A DNA stretch of 64,000 bases from Octopus sinensis (taxonomy: Eukaryota). Shown in pieces: positions 12,054 to 25,478 of this stretch. The stretch is from assembly GCF_006345805.1 (NCBI RefSeq), contig NC_042999.1:100254001-100318000 (forward strand). Reading direction: 5' to 3'. Under the pieces are notes generated by a model. The model made no database searches and had not been told where the DNA came from. It saw nothing but the letters and a program-made list of their open reading frames with translations. The stretch's first letter is position 1; the number at the start of each line of letters is the position of its first letter. The position numbers were made by a program, and so were the translations under genes.

Positions 12054-12400
12054 TAGGCCATGTCATGTTTTTGTGAAAGACACTACGCATGTGATTATCA
12101 GCTGTCCTAAAATTTCACCGCGGTATTAGCTCCCTATGCGGCACGATGTTGTTGCTAAAACAATTTAAAATGCCATCCGCAAAAATGACTGTCCTGAAAT
12201 AAACTTAGAAAATCCCTCTATTATGGAATACATTCATAAACACCAACTCAAGGAATACTGGTGGAATATTCCCATCAAAATTCTGTCAAATGTAAACGTA
12301 ACAGGTCGGATATTGTTATTTTGGGATATAAGGGCAAAAGAATGTACCGTCATAGAGGTCAGCTGCCCTGCAGATATAAAACTGACTGAAACACATTCAA
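12054..12400 (+). mobile_element. RLE-type LINE fragment (zinc knuckle and RLE start) of a family distinct from the Dong-like copies
   Basis: CHVFVKDTTHVIISCPKI, MRHDVVAKTI, EYWWNIPI, KCKRNRSDIV, WD..AKECTVIEVSCPAD across frameshifts. Confidence 0.7.
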
Positions 12401-13051
12401 ATGAATGATACACACATTCCCACTCCATCTACGTACTCATACCAACACACACACACACACACACCCATTCAAACACCCATCAGACTGCCTCTCAAACACC
12501 CTTCTACTGCCACGACCATCCCATCTACGCAAACGTACAAAAACACACAAACACGCACACATACACCTGTCTCCATAGCTGCTGACCACTCACTACATTA
12601 GCAGACACAAATAGATCACTCACATAAACACATGTAAGCAGTTAATACCACACACATAAGAAACACACGCACACAGTTACCACCATACTACATGCGCACT
12701 CAGTTACTGCCACTGAAACACGCTACCATACACACACATGATATCACACACACACCCATGTCACCACAACCACACGCGCACACACAGACTCAGTTACTCC
12801 ACACACATGCTCAATTACTGCCACACACACATACTACCTTACACACACACACGCTATCACACTCACACACATGCCACTGCACACACACGCGGACACACCC
12901 ACTCATACACACAGATACTAACTATTCTTCACACACTTCTGTCCCAGAAAGCACCTTCTCTTTGTCCATCTACTTCTTGTCATTCCAAAATGTAACTACA
13001 CGCGGACTGTTGGTGATTCATTTTTCTCCTTCTTCCTTTTCTTTTGGACTC

Positions 13052-13193
13052 TCCTATTTCCGAAGAAGAGCTTTGCTCGAAACGTAAAACAACCGCTCTT
13101 TCTTTCCTTCTCTGAGCATCTTATTAATATTTTGCATGTACCACGTCCTCGCGTTGTTGTTTTTTCTTGGCTTTTATCTCCGTTTTTATTAAC
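13052..13193 (+). mobile_element. Short HHR-bearing repeat (PLE pseudo-LTR-like), copy 1
   Basis: Near-identical inverted copy at 14712-14849; contains an HHR-like motif; ends at (TATG)n/(TA)n. Confidence 0.65.
13057..13089 (+). ncRNA. Minimal type I hammerhead-like motif, U4C variant
   Basis: TTT-CCGAAGA-A-GAGC-TTT-GCTC-GAAA-CGT-A-AAA: 4-bp stem II, palindromic ACGU stem III, 3-bp stem I. Confidence 0.5.
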
Positions 13194-13224
<31 letters not shown>

Positions 13225-13252
13225 GTATGTATGTATGTATGTATACATATAT

Positions 13253-13318
<66 letters not shown>

Positions 13319-13325
<7 letters not shown>

Positions 13326-14580
13326 GTTAATAAAATAGAATATATGCATATATATAAACATATATGTACGTACCTACCTCTACATGTACATATACACGCA
13401 TATATGTGTTACAGGACACCAAAAAGACGTCGAACACATAGGGAGACGAAACACATAGACACAAACAAGGACAAGACAAGCAAAAAAAAGGGGAGAGATA
13501 CAGGACAATAAGCAACGAAAAATCCCCTTCTTCAGTCGCTAAGATTTCATCTACTAAACGTTTCGAAGGATAAAAGCGAGACGTATACTTCGAAGAAAAA
13601 TTCCTTCCCGCGAAAAGCAAATCAATAAAAATTCTGAGATCTTTTCGCAGAGGGGTAAAAAAAAGCAAGACGGTAACGACAGTACAAACATATAAACAGT
13701 AAAAAATATATATATAAACAGTGGAAAAATAAATATATAACAGTGAGAGACAAGACAAGGAGAACAAGATAAGAAGGGCTGTTAACGCCAGACGAAAAAA
13801 GTATTGTAAACGCTGGATTATCGTGGAAGACACAGAGGGAAATTTTGTCAACCAGAAGCCTTGCAAGGCGGGCGAGAAAGGACAGGAAAGCAGTTACGAC
13901 GGAAGTATGTCGCAGATGGATGACGGGAATGGGGGGGAGGAGGAAGAGAGAAGAAGGGGAATGGTGCGAGGATACCATGAAGAATGGTGAAAGGGAGAGA
14001 GAGAATGAAGAATTAGAGAGAGAGGAAGAGACAAGTTAAGTGAGGGAAAAAAGACGAAAAAGGAATGGGAGAGAAAGAAAGAAATGCAGAGTCGCGGAGA
14101 GTTAATATCAAGGCTAACTTGATAAACAGAACAATCTTACTTAGTAGGGTGCGTGCGTTTTTTAATCGTATATATGTTAATAAAATAGAATATATGCATA
14201 TATATAAACATATATGTACGTACCTACCTCTACATGTACATATACACGCATATATGTGTACAGGACACCAAAAAGACGTCGAACACATAGGGAGACGAAA
14301 CACATAGACACAAACCAGGAACAAGACAAGCAAAAAAAAGGGGAGAGATACAGACATAAGCACACAACGAAAATCCCCTTCTTCAGTCGCTAAGATTTCA
14401 TCTCTAAACGTTTCGAAGGATAAAAGCGAGACGTATACTTCCAAGAAAATTCCTTCCCGCGAAAAGCAAATCAATAAAAATTCTGAGATCTTTTCGCAGA
14501 GGGGTAAAAAAAAGCAAGACGGTAACGACAGTACAAACATATAAACAGTAAAAAATATATATATAAACAGTGGAAAAATA
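13319..14580 (-). mobile_element. Two ~412-bp direct repeats around a 437-bp internal piece (probable truncated PLE with pseudo-LTRs)
   Basis: 13319-13731 and 14169-14580 are near-identical (offset ~850). The internal minus strand gives STIIQRLQY/FSSGVNS, resembling a PLE GIY-YIG C-terminus (E..II..L.T..P.G.N). The duplication is seen directly; the PLE identity is inferred. Confidence 0.55.
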
Positions 14581-14644
14581 TAAACATACATATAATAAAT
14601 ATTTTGTTTTGCAAAATAGTGTTTTTGTCTCGAATTAATTATAA

Positions 14645-14711
<67 letters not shown>

Positions 14712-14713
<2 letters not shown>

Positions 14714-14849
14714 TAAAACAAATAAGAAAAAAAACAAGAAAAACCAACAATGCGAGGACGTGGTACATGCAAAATTTTAAGACGCTCAGAGAAGGAAAGA
14801 AAGAGTGGTTGTTTTACGTTTCGAGCAAAGCTCTTCTTCGGAAATAGGA
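14712..14849 (-). mobile_element. Short HHR-bearing repeat, inverted copy 2
   Basis: Reverse complement of 13052-13193; the motif at 14812-14844 is identical to 13057-13089. Confidence 0.65.
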
Positions 14850-15599
14850 AAGTTCATATATATATATGTCATCGTCAAGGGAAGAGACCTGATGGAAAGT
14901 AACAGACATCAAGAGGCGACGATCAAACGTCGAAACCGCGAAGAGCAATTCGCACTTCCTCGTCCTCCGCCAACTCCCCCTGAGATAAGTTACCCCACTC
15001 CTTTTCTTCTATACCACTCAGTCACCGGCACCTTTCACACTGACCAAAAGGAAGAGGCTCAAATACTGACTACAGATCTACTATTCGGATACGAGTCAAC
15101 GCCATAAAAACATAATATGTATAGCATATAATAATCGCTTCGTGGCATTTCCAACAAACTCCTTTTCAGGAAGTAGGATTACTTCAGAAATCAATAATTC
15201 TCCAAAATCGGCAGCCTGTTAACAAAAAAAACACTTTCATTAATAGGAAACAAAAATACAGCTGTGTCGTGTGTTTCTGCCTGATGATATTTATACATAT
15301 CATCAGGACAATAGTTTTCTCGTCTTATCTCCAAAGCAAAGCGAGAGATCTTTACAAAAATGTAATAAGCAATTCAAATATAAAATATACTAAATACAAT
15401 ACAAGATACATTGTTGGTATGTCACCGCGTGCAAGGAAGATAGAGCTATTGTTTGGAACCGGTGTGAATTTCATACATACATACTAATTTATAAAAACAT
15501 ATAGTATTTTTCTATATTCACACATACACGCATACACACATAATTCTGCGCGACTGAGTAGTTACACACACACAAGCACACAAATATATACGTATGTTC

Positions 15600-16425
<826 letters not shown>

Positions 16426-16754
16426 ATATATATATAATGTATGTATGTATGTATGTATGTATGTATGTATGTATGTATGTATGTATGTATGCATGTATGT
16501 ATGTGTATGTATAGTTCTTTACGTTATATTTTAATTTCTTAATTCCTTATGTACAACTTAACACAGTTTTATCTATTTTCAGTGTCTCTACACCCCTTTA
16601 CATACTTATACATATCTCATTTTATTTACTCCTTATTTCGTTCATTTTATTTGACGTTATTTATCCATTTATTCTTTTATTTATTCATATAAGTGTTTAT
16701 GCACTACAGAGTTATACTTTACTTCATAATGTTATATATACCATCATCGTTATA

Positions 16755-17026
16755 CAGTAATCCCTCGAATATTGCGGGTGTTACTTTCCAAAAACCCCAC
16801 GATAGATGAAAATCCGCGAAGTAGAAACAGTACTGAAATGTATATTTTGTTTTATTATTCCTATAATATGTATATATTTATTTTATTATAAATGCAAAAC
16901 AACATCATGGAACAACAGATTGTTCTTAAATAAAAAATAAAATTAAATAATATAAAAAAACCGTGATAGGTGAATCGTGACAGGTGAACCACAATAGGTG
17001 AAACGCGATATGGCGAGGTATTACTG
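16755..17026. mobile_element. Pogo/Tigger-type MITE
   Basis: TIRs CAGTAATCCCTCG / CGAGGTATTACTG, TA duplication on both sides, subterminal GATAGGTGAA repeats. Confidence 0.85.
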
Positions 17027-17059
17027 TATAACATTTTTTTTAAACGCGTGACTGTTTGT

Positions 17060-17148
17060 GTGGGCGTGCAGGGCTACATACGTATATGTATATACTTGCG
17101 AGTATTTGAGCTATATATATATACCAATACATGTGAATATACTTTACG

Positions 17149-17196
<48 letters not shown>

Positions 17197-17540
17197 AGTG
17201 TGTGTAGATGCATGCATATATATATATGTGTGTGTGTGTATGTATATATATGTATGTATGCGTGTGTGTATATGCATATATATACACACATATTTATATA
17301 TAGATACATATATGTATATATATATATATACATATATATATGTATATATGTATTTATGTGTGTGTATATATAGAAATATTCATGTATATGTATTATGCGT
17401 TAGTGTTGGTATACATTCACATATAAGAATGTATATGTGTGTGTTTGTGTATATACATGTATGTGTGTGTATATATGTGTACATATGCACACGCATATAT
17501 GAGTGTTTGTGCATTTGCGTATGTACACTGTTTACATATC
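17060..17540. repeat. (TA)n/(TG)n/(TATG)n microsatellite field
   Basis: Read directly. Confidence 0.9.
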
Positions 17541-17794
17541 ATAATTACGAATTTATTGTGCAGCCATTTACTTACAATGCCCTTCCCACAGTAAATATAG
17601 ATACAACTAACAAGCACCGTCCGCTTTTCAGATACCCGACCGAAAGTATGTGTGTTTGTGTGCACGGATATTCGTGCAACCTCGTCTCGTCAATATTCGT
17701 CCAACACGTTGGACGTTCTTCATATTCTTTTATATTGTAATTTAAGTGAACATTTTTATGGTTGAAATACACCGAAAAATAGCGACACAGCAGT

Positions 17795-18018
17795 CAAAAA
17801 ATCGTAAAAAGTAGGGATTTTTGATGTAAATAATTTTTGGTCTTAACATTGTCCGATTTGAATTTTTTCTTCTATAGAATAAAGAGCAAGCCTTCTTCTA
17901 TCATACTTTTAATTTTGGTCAACTTGCACCATAGGGTCTAGGAGGAGATAATGTTAGTTGAAGGCTACCAAACCTGCCACACACACACACAGACAACTTC
18001 AGCTTTATATATATAGAT
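17795..18018 (+). mobile_element. Possible non-autonomous Helitron-like element, 3' part
   Basis: Ends CACACAGACAACTTCAGCTTTATATATATAGAT, reminiscent of invertebrate Helitron-like repeats with a subterminal microsatellite. No diagnostic 5' end seen. Confidence 0.3.
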
Positions 18019-19095
18019 ATATATTCTGTTGTGTCTGGGGAGACTCATTTTCTTTTTGTACCTTATAATTTAACACACTCACCGGTTAAATTTCCACTTA
18101 TTTCTTATATGCACACATATACACATTGCCGGCATATTTGGATTTCACAAGTAACTACTAAGAAATGAATCCAAAGACAGATAAAAATTATCGGAAAAGT
18201 TCGACTACAAGCCTTATGTATAGTGAGACAGGTAAGACTTCTAAACAAAATGTTCTTGCCTGCGGAGATATATATCAAAAGAAAGACGATGATCTTGTTT
18301 ATTTACTCACCATACTCGAAAAAGTTGGTTATATGTGTTTTGTTGTATATTTCAGAAAGATTCCTCGTCTGTCTGTCCATCTAACTAACTGTTAGATGGA
18401 AAAACAAACATGACATCAGAGACACTCTGTGAGAATGTGGGAGCAATAAAGAGATAAAGACAGAAAGCGAAATACAAATTGACAGATAGTAAGAGATAGT
18501 AAATAGGTAGAAAAGCGACAGAGAGAAATACAAAGAGGCTTTGTTTTTTATGTTATCTTTTACATATATTTTGTCATTTGTATTCAACTTTCATTCTTTC
18601 CATTTGTGTCTGTCCTTTTCTCATTTTGTCTAATTCACCACTCTCCCATCTCTCCATATCTCTCTCTTTCGTCCCTCTCTCTTTCTCTCCTCTCTCTCTC
18701 TCCTTCTTTATCTATTTATCTATCTACCTAGCTATCTATCTTGCTATATATATACATATATATCGCATTCTCTCTCTGCTTTGTCTCTTCGTTTTCTCTC
18801 TCACTTTCTCTCTCTTTTTTTTCTCTCTCTCTCTCTCCTGTCATATTTCTTCTTGTCTGTCTTTCTCCTTTGTTCTTCTTTGTTCTCTTAATCCTTCTCT
18901 CACTCTCTCACTCTCCCTCCTTCTTCTCGCTTTTTTCCTTATTTCAAGACTTGGTTGCTTTCATCAATCCCGCACATCGCTAAGCTACGTGATCTACTTC
19001 AGTCTTTGAATCGCTCAGCTATCATATTACTTGACGCTGCCACTTTCCCTTGAAAATCTCTTTTTGAATGACTTTGGTGAATTTTCCCCACTGTA

Positions 19096-19312
19096 TGAGG
19101 GAATACTGAAAAGTTCCTGGCTTTGGGTTAAAGAAAATACAGGAAGATCAGTTGATTATAATTTTATTTAACATATTCCCCTTTCAGATTCGCACACTTA
19201 CTGCAGTGGTCCTTCAGTTTTCCTAAGCCGTGTAAATGAACTCGGAAGGTTGGGTCTCCAACCAGGCCTCTCGAGATACCCTTAAGGCCAGTAACTTTTC
19301 AGCACGCCCTCG
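19096..19312. mobile_element. Mariner-type MITE, copy 2
   Basis: TA then TGAGGGAATACTGAAAAGTTCCTGGC ... GCCAGTAACTTTTCAGCACGCCCTCG; homologous to 2149-2359. Confidence 0.85.
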
Positions 19313-19673
19313 AATAGTCTTCTTTCGCTCTTTCTTATATTCCTTTTAACACTTTAAAGCTGAAAATTTTCTTATTACCCATGAAGACCAGGCTACAAGC
19401 GCAATCTCTCCTAGTTTAAAGCCCAAAGACTTTAAATTCTCCAATTTCTGCGCGCTTAAAGTCCAAAGACTTTAAAGTCTATCGTTGTTCCAATGATTTA
19501 GGGAATATCACTGAGGTGATGGACAAACAAGTACTAAAATTGATGACCCACAACGTAAATGTTGGCAGGGAAAAAAAGCAATTGATGCGTTCGTGCATCT
19601 ATCATGTATGTGCGTGCATGTATGTGTACACAAATGTACATAAGTAAAAGCATACAATCGTATGCATGAACAG

Positions 19674-19709
<36 letters not shown>

Positions 19710-19713
19710 ATAT

Positions 19714-19799
<86 letters not shown>

Positions 19800-19804
19800 A
19801 TGTT

Positions 19805-20098
19805 AAGGGCGTGGAGCTGGCAAGAATCGTTAGCACGCGGGCAAAATGTTTAGCAGTATTTCGTCTGCCATTACGTTCTGAGTTCAAATTCCACCGAGGT
19901 CGGCTTTGCCTTTCATCCTTTCGGGGTCGATTAAATAAGTACCATTTAAATACTGAGGTCGATATAATCGACTTAATCCGTTTGTCTGTCCTTGTTTGTC
20001 CTCTCTGTGTTTAGCCCCGTGTGGGTAGTAAAGAAATAGGTATTTCGTCTGCCGTTACGTTCTGAGTTCAAATTCCGCCGAGGTCGACTTTACCTTCT
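19805..20098 (+). mobile_element. SINE family B plus a partial second head-to-tail unit
   Basis: Unit 1 ends AAAGAAATAGG at 20040; unit 2 restarts TATTTCGTCTGCCGTTACG and stops at about 20098. Confidence 0.85.
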
Positions 20099-20124
20099 CT
20101 TCTCTGTGTATCTATCTCCCTCTC

Positions 20125-20365
20125 TTGGAAGGGTGGTAGGTGAAGGGAAACGAGAGACGGGCTACGACCGGGCAGGTGTGAGGAGAAAGAGCAGAGGCAT
20201 GGTTCACAGATCGTACCCTGGGAAGGGCGGTGTGGATAGTGGTGAGGGGATATCCATGTAGCATGAAGTGGCGAGCCATGAGTTGTGACTGAGTCTCAAA
20301 GTCACGGTTGTCACTGCAGTCATCGCGTAGACGGAGGAATTGGGAGTTGGGGATGGAGAGCTTGG
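20125..20365 (-). mobile_element. Penelope-like element thumb-domain fragment
   Basis: Open minus frame KLSIPNSQFLRLRDDCSDNRDFETQSQLMARHFMLHGYPLTTIHTAL...FPFTYHP matches the PLE pattern SIPYSQ.LR.RR.CS....F......GYP...LTYHP. Not in the supplied ORF track. Confidence 0.75.
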
Positions 20366-20471
20366 TATGAGTACAGATATACTCTAATTTATGTACATAT
20401 ATTATATATTGTGAAATTTGATTTAGTATTACTAAATTGAATTTTTCCCTGTAAGTTTTGAATTATATTCC

Positions 20472-20534
<63 letters not shown>

Positions 20535-20933
20535 GTGCGTGTGTACTTATACACTCACACACACACACACACACACATGCAGGCGGTAGTCTTTCAACTG
20601 TGACAACAACACTCACCGACAAAGTAATGCAAAAGATATGAAGGTAAACTAATATTTCACTTTGTAGTAGACAAAGGACATGAACTTAACAGTATCTCTG
20701 TCTTCAACGAAATTTAGAATCAAAAAGTCAGACTGGAAGAATTGTGGGATGAAACAGCAGTGGATGCAGCAGCGAGTAGAGACATAGTGGGAGAGGGAAA
20801 GAAAGAGAAGAGCAGGTGTGGAGAAGAATAGGTGAAGAGTCAAGAAAAGGCCAGAAAGAAACATGAAGGCCACAGGAATGAGACAATCTGGGATTGGCTC
20901 GCAGTTGTGGTGGTAGCATGTAGAAGAATGCGT

Positions 20934-20969
<36 letters not shown>

Positions 20970-23866
20970 GACAGAAAGAAAGAAAGAAAACAGCAACTGT
21001 GAAAGAGAGCACTTAAAGAGCTAACAGAGAAACAGAAGGAACATAGAGAGAAAAAAAGTATTTATAAGTCGAATGGGGAACAAGATTGAAATATTAATGC
21101 AGCCGGATGTTTATTACCACTTGGTGTTTGTATGGCGTATATATGCGTAAAAAGAGTGAGGTGGAATAGAAAAAATGTTCTGAAGAGCTTTTCTCAGTTG
21201 TGTACTACATGCAAGGAAATTCCCAACGGTGAAACTTTTCTTTGTGGGTGCGCTGCTTATAGAGTTATCATAAGTGGAGAGTGTGGGTAAGATGGCTAAA
21301 AATATGTTGTTATTTATGGAGAAAATGACCGACTGTAATTTAGAAAGTGAAATAACTTCCAGACTGTGCAATGAATTATTTTCTAAACTTATATTAGCAT
21401 TTCAAAAAAATGTCTCACTTCGAGTACAAATGTTCAATCTAACTAAAAATCAAGTCTACAGCATCTTGAATCGGCACTTCATTTATTTTTTTATGAATAT
21501 TACAGTATCATTACATTATTTGACTGCATTGGACAGTATTATAAAGTATACTTTTTCACAACTACCTTACATATAATCAATTAGTGTAGTTATTAGTCAG
21601 TAATTAATTAATTTTCGAAATATCGATAAACTAAATAATTAAGTCTTTAATTCGTTCTGATTATCAAAATCCCTATGTTAATTTAATTTATATTTCATTC
21701 GTGCATTGGATGAATATCGTTAAAACCAGATATCTTGCAGATAACGACGATTAGGTCTACTATGCGTGTTTGTATACGTGCGTATGTGTGTGTATGCAGC
21801 GCGTATGCATATGCGTATGCCGGTGTCATGACAACCGTACAGTTTCGAATTCTGTAAAGAATTTTACAAGCTAAAATCAAGATAATTTACAACAACAATC
21901 ATAAAATATTCTTTAGCTACATATTTTCCATATTTTCTTTCTTTTTTTTCGTCATATTTACAGATATGATGTAACATTTACAAAAGAAAATAATCACAAA
22001 CATCTTAAATATCTTCCATTGTAACTTTGCTAAAATGCAATCTTAGATTTTTAGATACATCTTAGTCGCCTAAAACTATACGAATGCTTACTCATTTGCA
22101 TCAGAATAGAGAAAAAATATTGTTAAAACAATTAATTCTAAAGCAAGTAGTGTAGAAATACATTCTCGTTATCTAGTAGCTCGTTTGTCTATCCTAAAGG
22201 ATCTCTTTAGTTTCTCTTCTTCCTAATGGGAAATATAATGTAATGAAAGATATAAACCTAAGACAATAAATAGGTATAGGAATAATATCGTCTGGGCAAA
22301 CGATATTATGTAATCAATATAATATCATAATTTACAAATGATTGCCGATATTACCTAGGAATGGCATACATTATGTATTCATTATGTTCATAGTAGCATG
22401 TTATAATATCGTTTTAACTGGATTATAGATAATGTCTCTTGTGTTTGATTGTACGATATCGTAAATACATGCCCATTATTATTGGAATCTATTAAGAAAG
22501 GTTGTTGTGACATATGAGAATAGAACTAAATATTGTATGGTATTGAGTTCTGTCTCCTACACTTATTGCTAGAAGTTTACTTAGATCAACTTATTGATAG
22601 GTATAAGTGTATAGTTAAGAGATTCTCTTTGCAACTATCTACTTTCGGGTCCAATCCTAATGCACAGCACTTGGGTCTTGTGTCTTCTATCATAAACTCA
22701 GGTTCATTAACGCTTTCATTTTGCTTTCATTGTATATTTCATTTTGCAGTCGAAAATTGTGTAGCCACCCATAGGACAGTTTGAATTTCTGTTCTTAGGT
22801 GGTGCATTTACTGGAATCCGTTCTGCTCCAAGCATTCGCTCCAGGTGTTAAATATTGTAAGCTGTCATCATAAAAGAAAGACTTTTGATTAAATAGCGAA
22901 GACATACAAACTCATAACAATCAAGACGCATTGCCCCATTTATGTGCCTCTTCTGTACTGGCATGTTACGTACCACATGCCGATGCGCTTGCTCCTCCAA
23001 ATCCTTTTCTTCCTCTTCTCATCCTATCTACTATGATTAATTTCTATATCTATCGTAAACGCTTTGTTAAAATCATTCCACTGGAATTCCCTCCTACAAC
23101 GGTAAAAATTCAAACTGAATCACAGCTACAACTATTTCACAAATCGAGGAAGATCCACAAACTCCATGAGTACTTAACCTCAGCTAATTAATAAAATACA
23201 TATCTCATCTCCAGCGCGGTAACTATGCGATGATCGTAACAGAAATTATCTTAGGACCCACTGCACATTTGAATTAAGTGCCCATTTGAGCTAAGTGACC
23301 ATTTGAATTAAGTGAATTGTTTAAAGCAACACACCAATGAAAGCATACATCTGAAGAAATGTTGGTTTTTATGCTTACGCATTCGAAATACCAAGTGACA
23401 TCATATATACAATAGTGAATCACCAAGTCTTGTGGTTAATGTTACAGTGTTGGCAGTATTTTGCATGAAGATGATAGTCAAGAACACGATTTATAGCAAC
23501 TGTTTGAAGATTGCTGCATTCACTCAAATCTGTCTTTCTGATATTCTATTTAGTTTCAAAGTGATAAATCGGCTATCGATAATATTGATGCCTGTCATTT
23601 TCCTCTAACTTCCCATTAAATATTATTATTGATAAATATGGTTGTACAAACACTTGAGAAAAGGTCTCGTATGAGATAGAATTAGGCTTGATTCGAATAG
23701 ATTTATTATCCTAATGCCCTTTATGATGACTAAACATGCCGAGCAAACAACAAAACCACAAGACCAGCGTTGAGTGACCTTTTTTGTGCGAGAGAAGACT
23801 TGTAAGTTCATTAGAACCTATGGGAATGCATACGTGTTGAAGGAAATAATGACTATTTACTTTAAT

Positions 23867-24274
23867 AAGGCAGCGAGCTGGCAGAAATGTTAGCACGCGA
23901 AATGCGTATTTCGTCTGCCGTTATGTTCTGAGTTCAAATTCCGCCGAGGTCGACTTTGCCTTTCATCCTTTCGGGGTCGATTAAATAAGTACCAGTTAAA
24001 CACTTGGGTCGATATAATCGACTTAATCCGTTTGTCTGTCCTTGTTTGTTCTCTCTATGTTTAGCCCCTTGTGGGTAGTAAAGAAATAGGTATTTCGCTT
24101 GTCACTACGTTCTGAGTTCAAATTCCGCCGAGGTTGACTTTGCCTTTCATCCTTTCGGGGTCGATTAAATAAGTACAAGTTACGCACTGGGGTCGATATA
24201 ATCGACTTAATCCGTTTGTCTGTCCTTGTTTGACCCCTCAGCGTTTAGCCCCTTGCGGGTAGTAAAGGAATAGG
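23867..24274 (+). mobile_element. SINE family B tandem dimer with a 23-bp target-site duplication
   Basis: Two units joined at AAATAGG|TATTTCG; flanking repeat GGAAATAATGACTATTTACTTTA at 23842-23864 and 24273-24295. Confidence 0.9.
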
Positions 24275-25379
24275 AAATAATGACTATTTACTTTACTAAT
24301 TTATAGGTATAGCAACATTAAATTACTTTTTCTGTTTTTTATCTCAAGTCTAAAACTATCGCTTTTATATTTCTTCACATGACTTTTCATACATTTAGTC
24401 GGTGTTTGCAAATTTGAAGGCAAATGGTATTTTGTTCTAATCCGATTTTTTAACAGGATGGTCATGATAAAACACTTTTCATCATGACCGATCATTATTT
24501 TTATCATATACTGGTGCTTATTGTCGTTGTTTGACCGAGGTCAAACAACGACTACATCAAGTCGATAAATAAAATCTTTTAAAAGTTCCACAAAGAATAA
24601 GGCCTTGAGCTTCACAAGAATTATGGAATTAGGGAATTCATGAAAGCCATTTAAATATTCGGAATAAGTAGCTAACAATAAAGGCTTGTTTCTCACTTTA
24701 AAATTTTTCAGTTCACTATGAGATTTTATTAAAGCTGAAATGCTGAATAAATATATTTTCCTGTAGCTCTGTATAGCTAAATTTCTTTCGTTTCCTTCGT
24801 TTTATTTATTTTTTTATTTCCATGCAATATTTGATACGATAAACATTGTTCGGGAACTCTTTAAAATTGCTCGGAAACTTCTTTGACGTAGAAAAGTAAA
24901 TTAATGCATATTTAATAACATCCATTATAGATATTTTCGAAAAATAAAAGCTGCGGAAAAATATATTCCAATGTATGCAAACGTTCATAAAACTATGTTT
25001 AGTAGGGAAACAGTAAAAAAAAAAACACAGCCGTAATACAACTATCGAATCGATGACGGGATCTGTATGTGCTCTCTGGATCTACTAGAAATAGCAGTCG
25101 TATTTCCCTAAAATGACAGTCGACTAGCCTTAATAAAAGAATGATATTAGGAAGTGTACTGATAGAAATACAAGTAGACGGTTCATCAAAGCTGAGACCT
25201 CAGTTCTGAAATTTTCAAGGACGAAAGAACAACGTTATCACTACTACCACCAATATTAACAACAATAACTTAGAAATATTGCAATATCATGAATGGAAAT
25301 AGAGTTACCACTTTGGATCCATGCATCTGAATCCCTTTGTTCTCTCTCTTACTCACTCACACACATACTATATATACAT

Positions 25380-25478
<99 letters not shown>

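Noticed and set aside
14895-14935. HHR-like GACG-ATCAAA-CGTC-GAAACC
   Set aside because: The upstream core has at least two mismatches to CUGANGA, and there is no valid stem III, cleavage triplet or stem I.
18376-18400. 10-bp hairpin TCCATCTAAC-TAACT-GTTAGATGGA
   Set aside because: Short, isolated and without supporting context.
21274-21576. 100-aa ORF in unique sequence
   Set aside because: No recognisable motif or convincing splice context; the length is compatible with chance.
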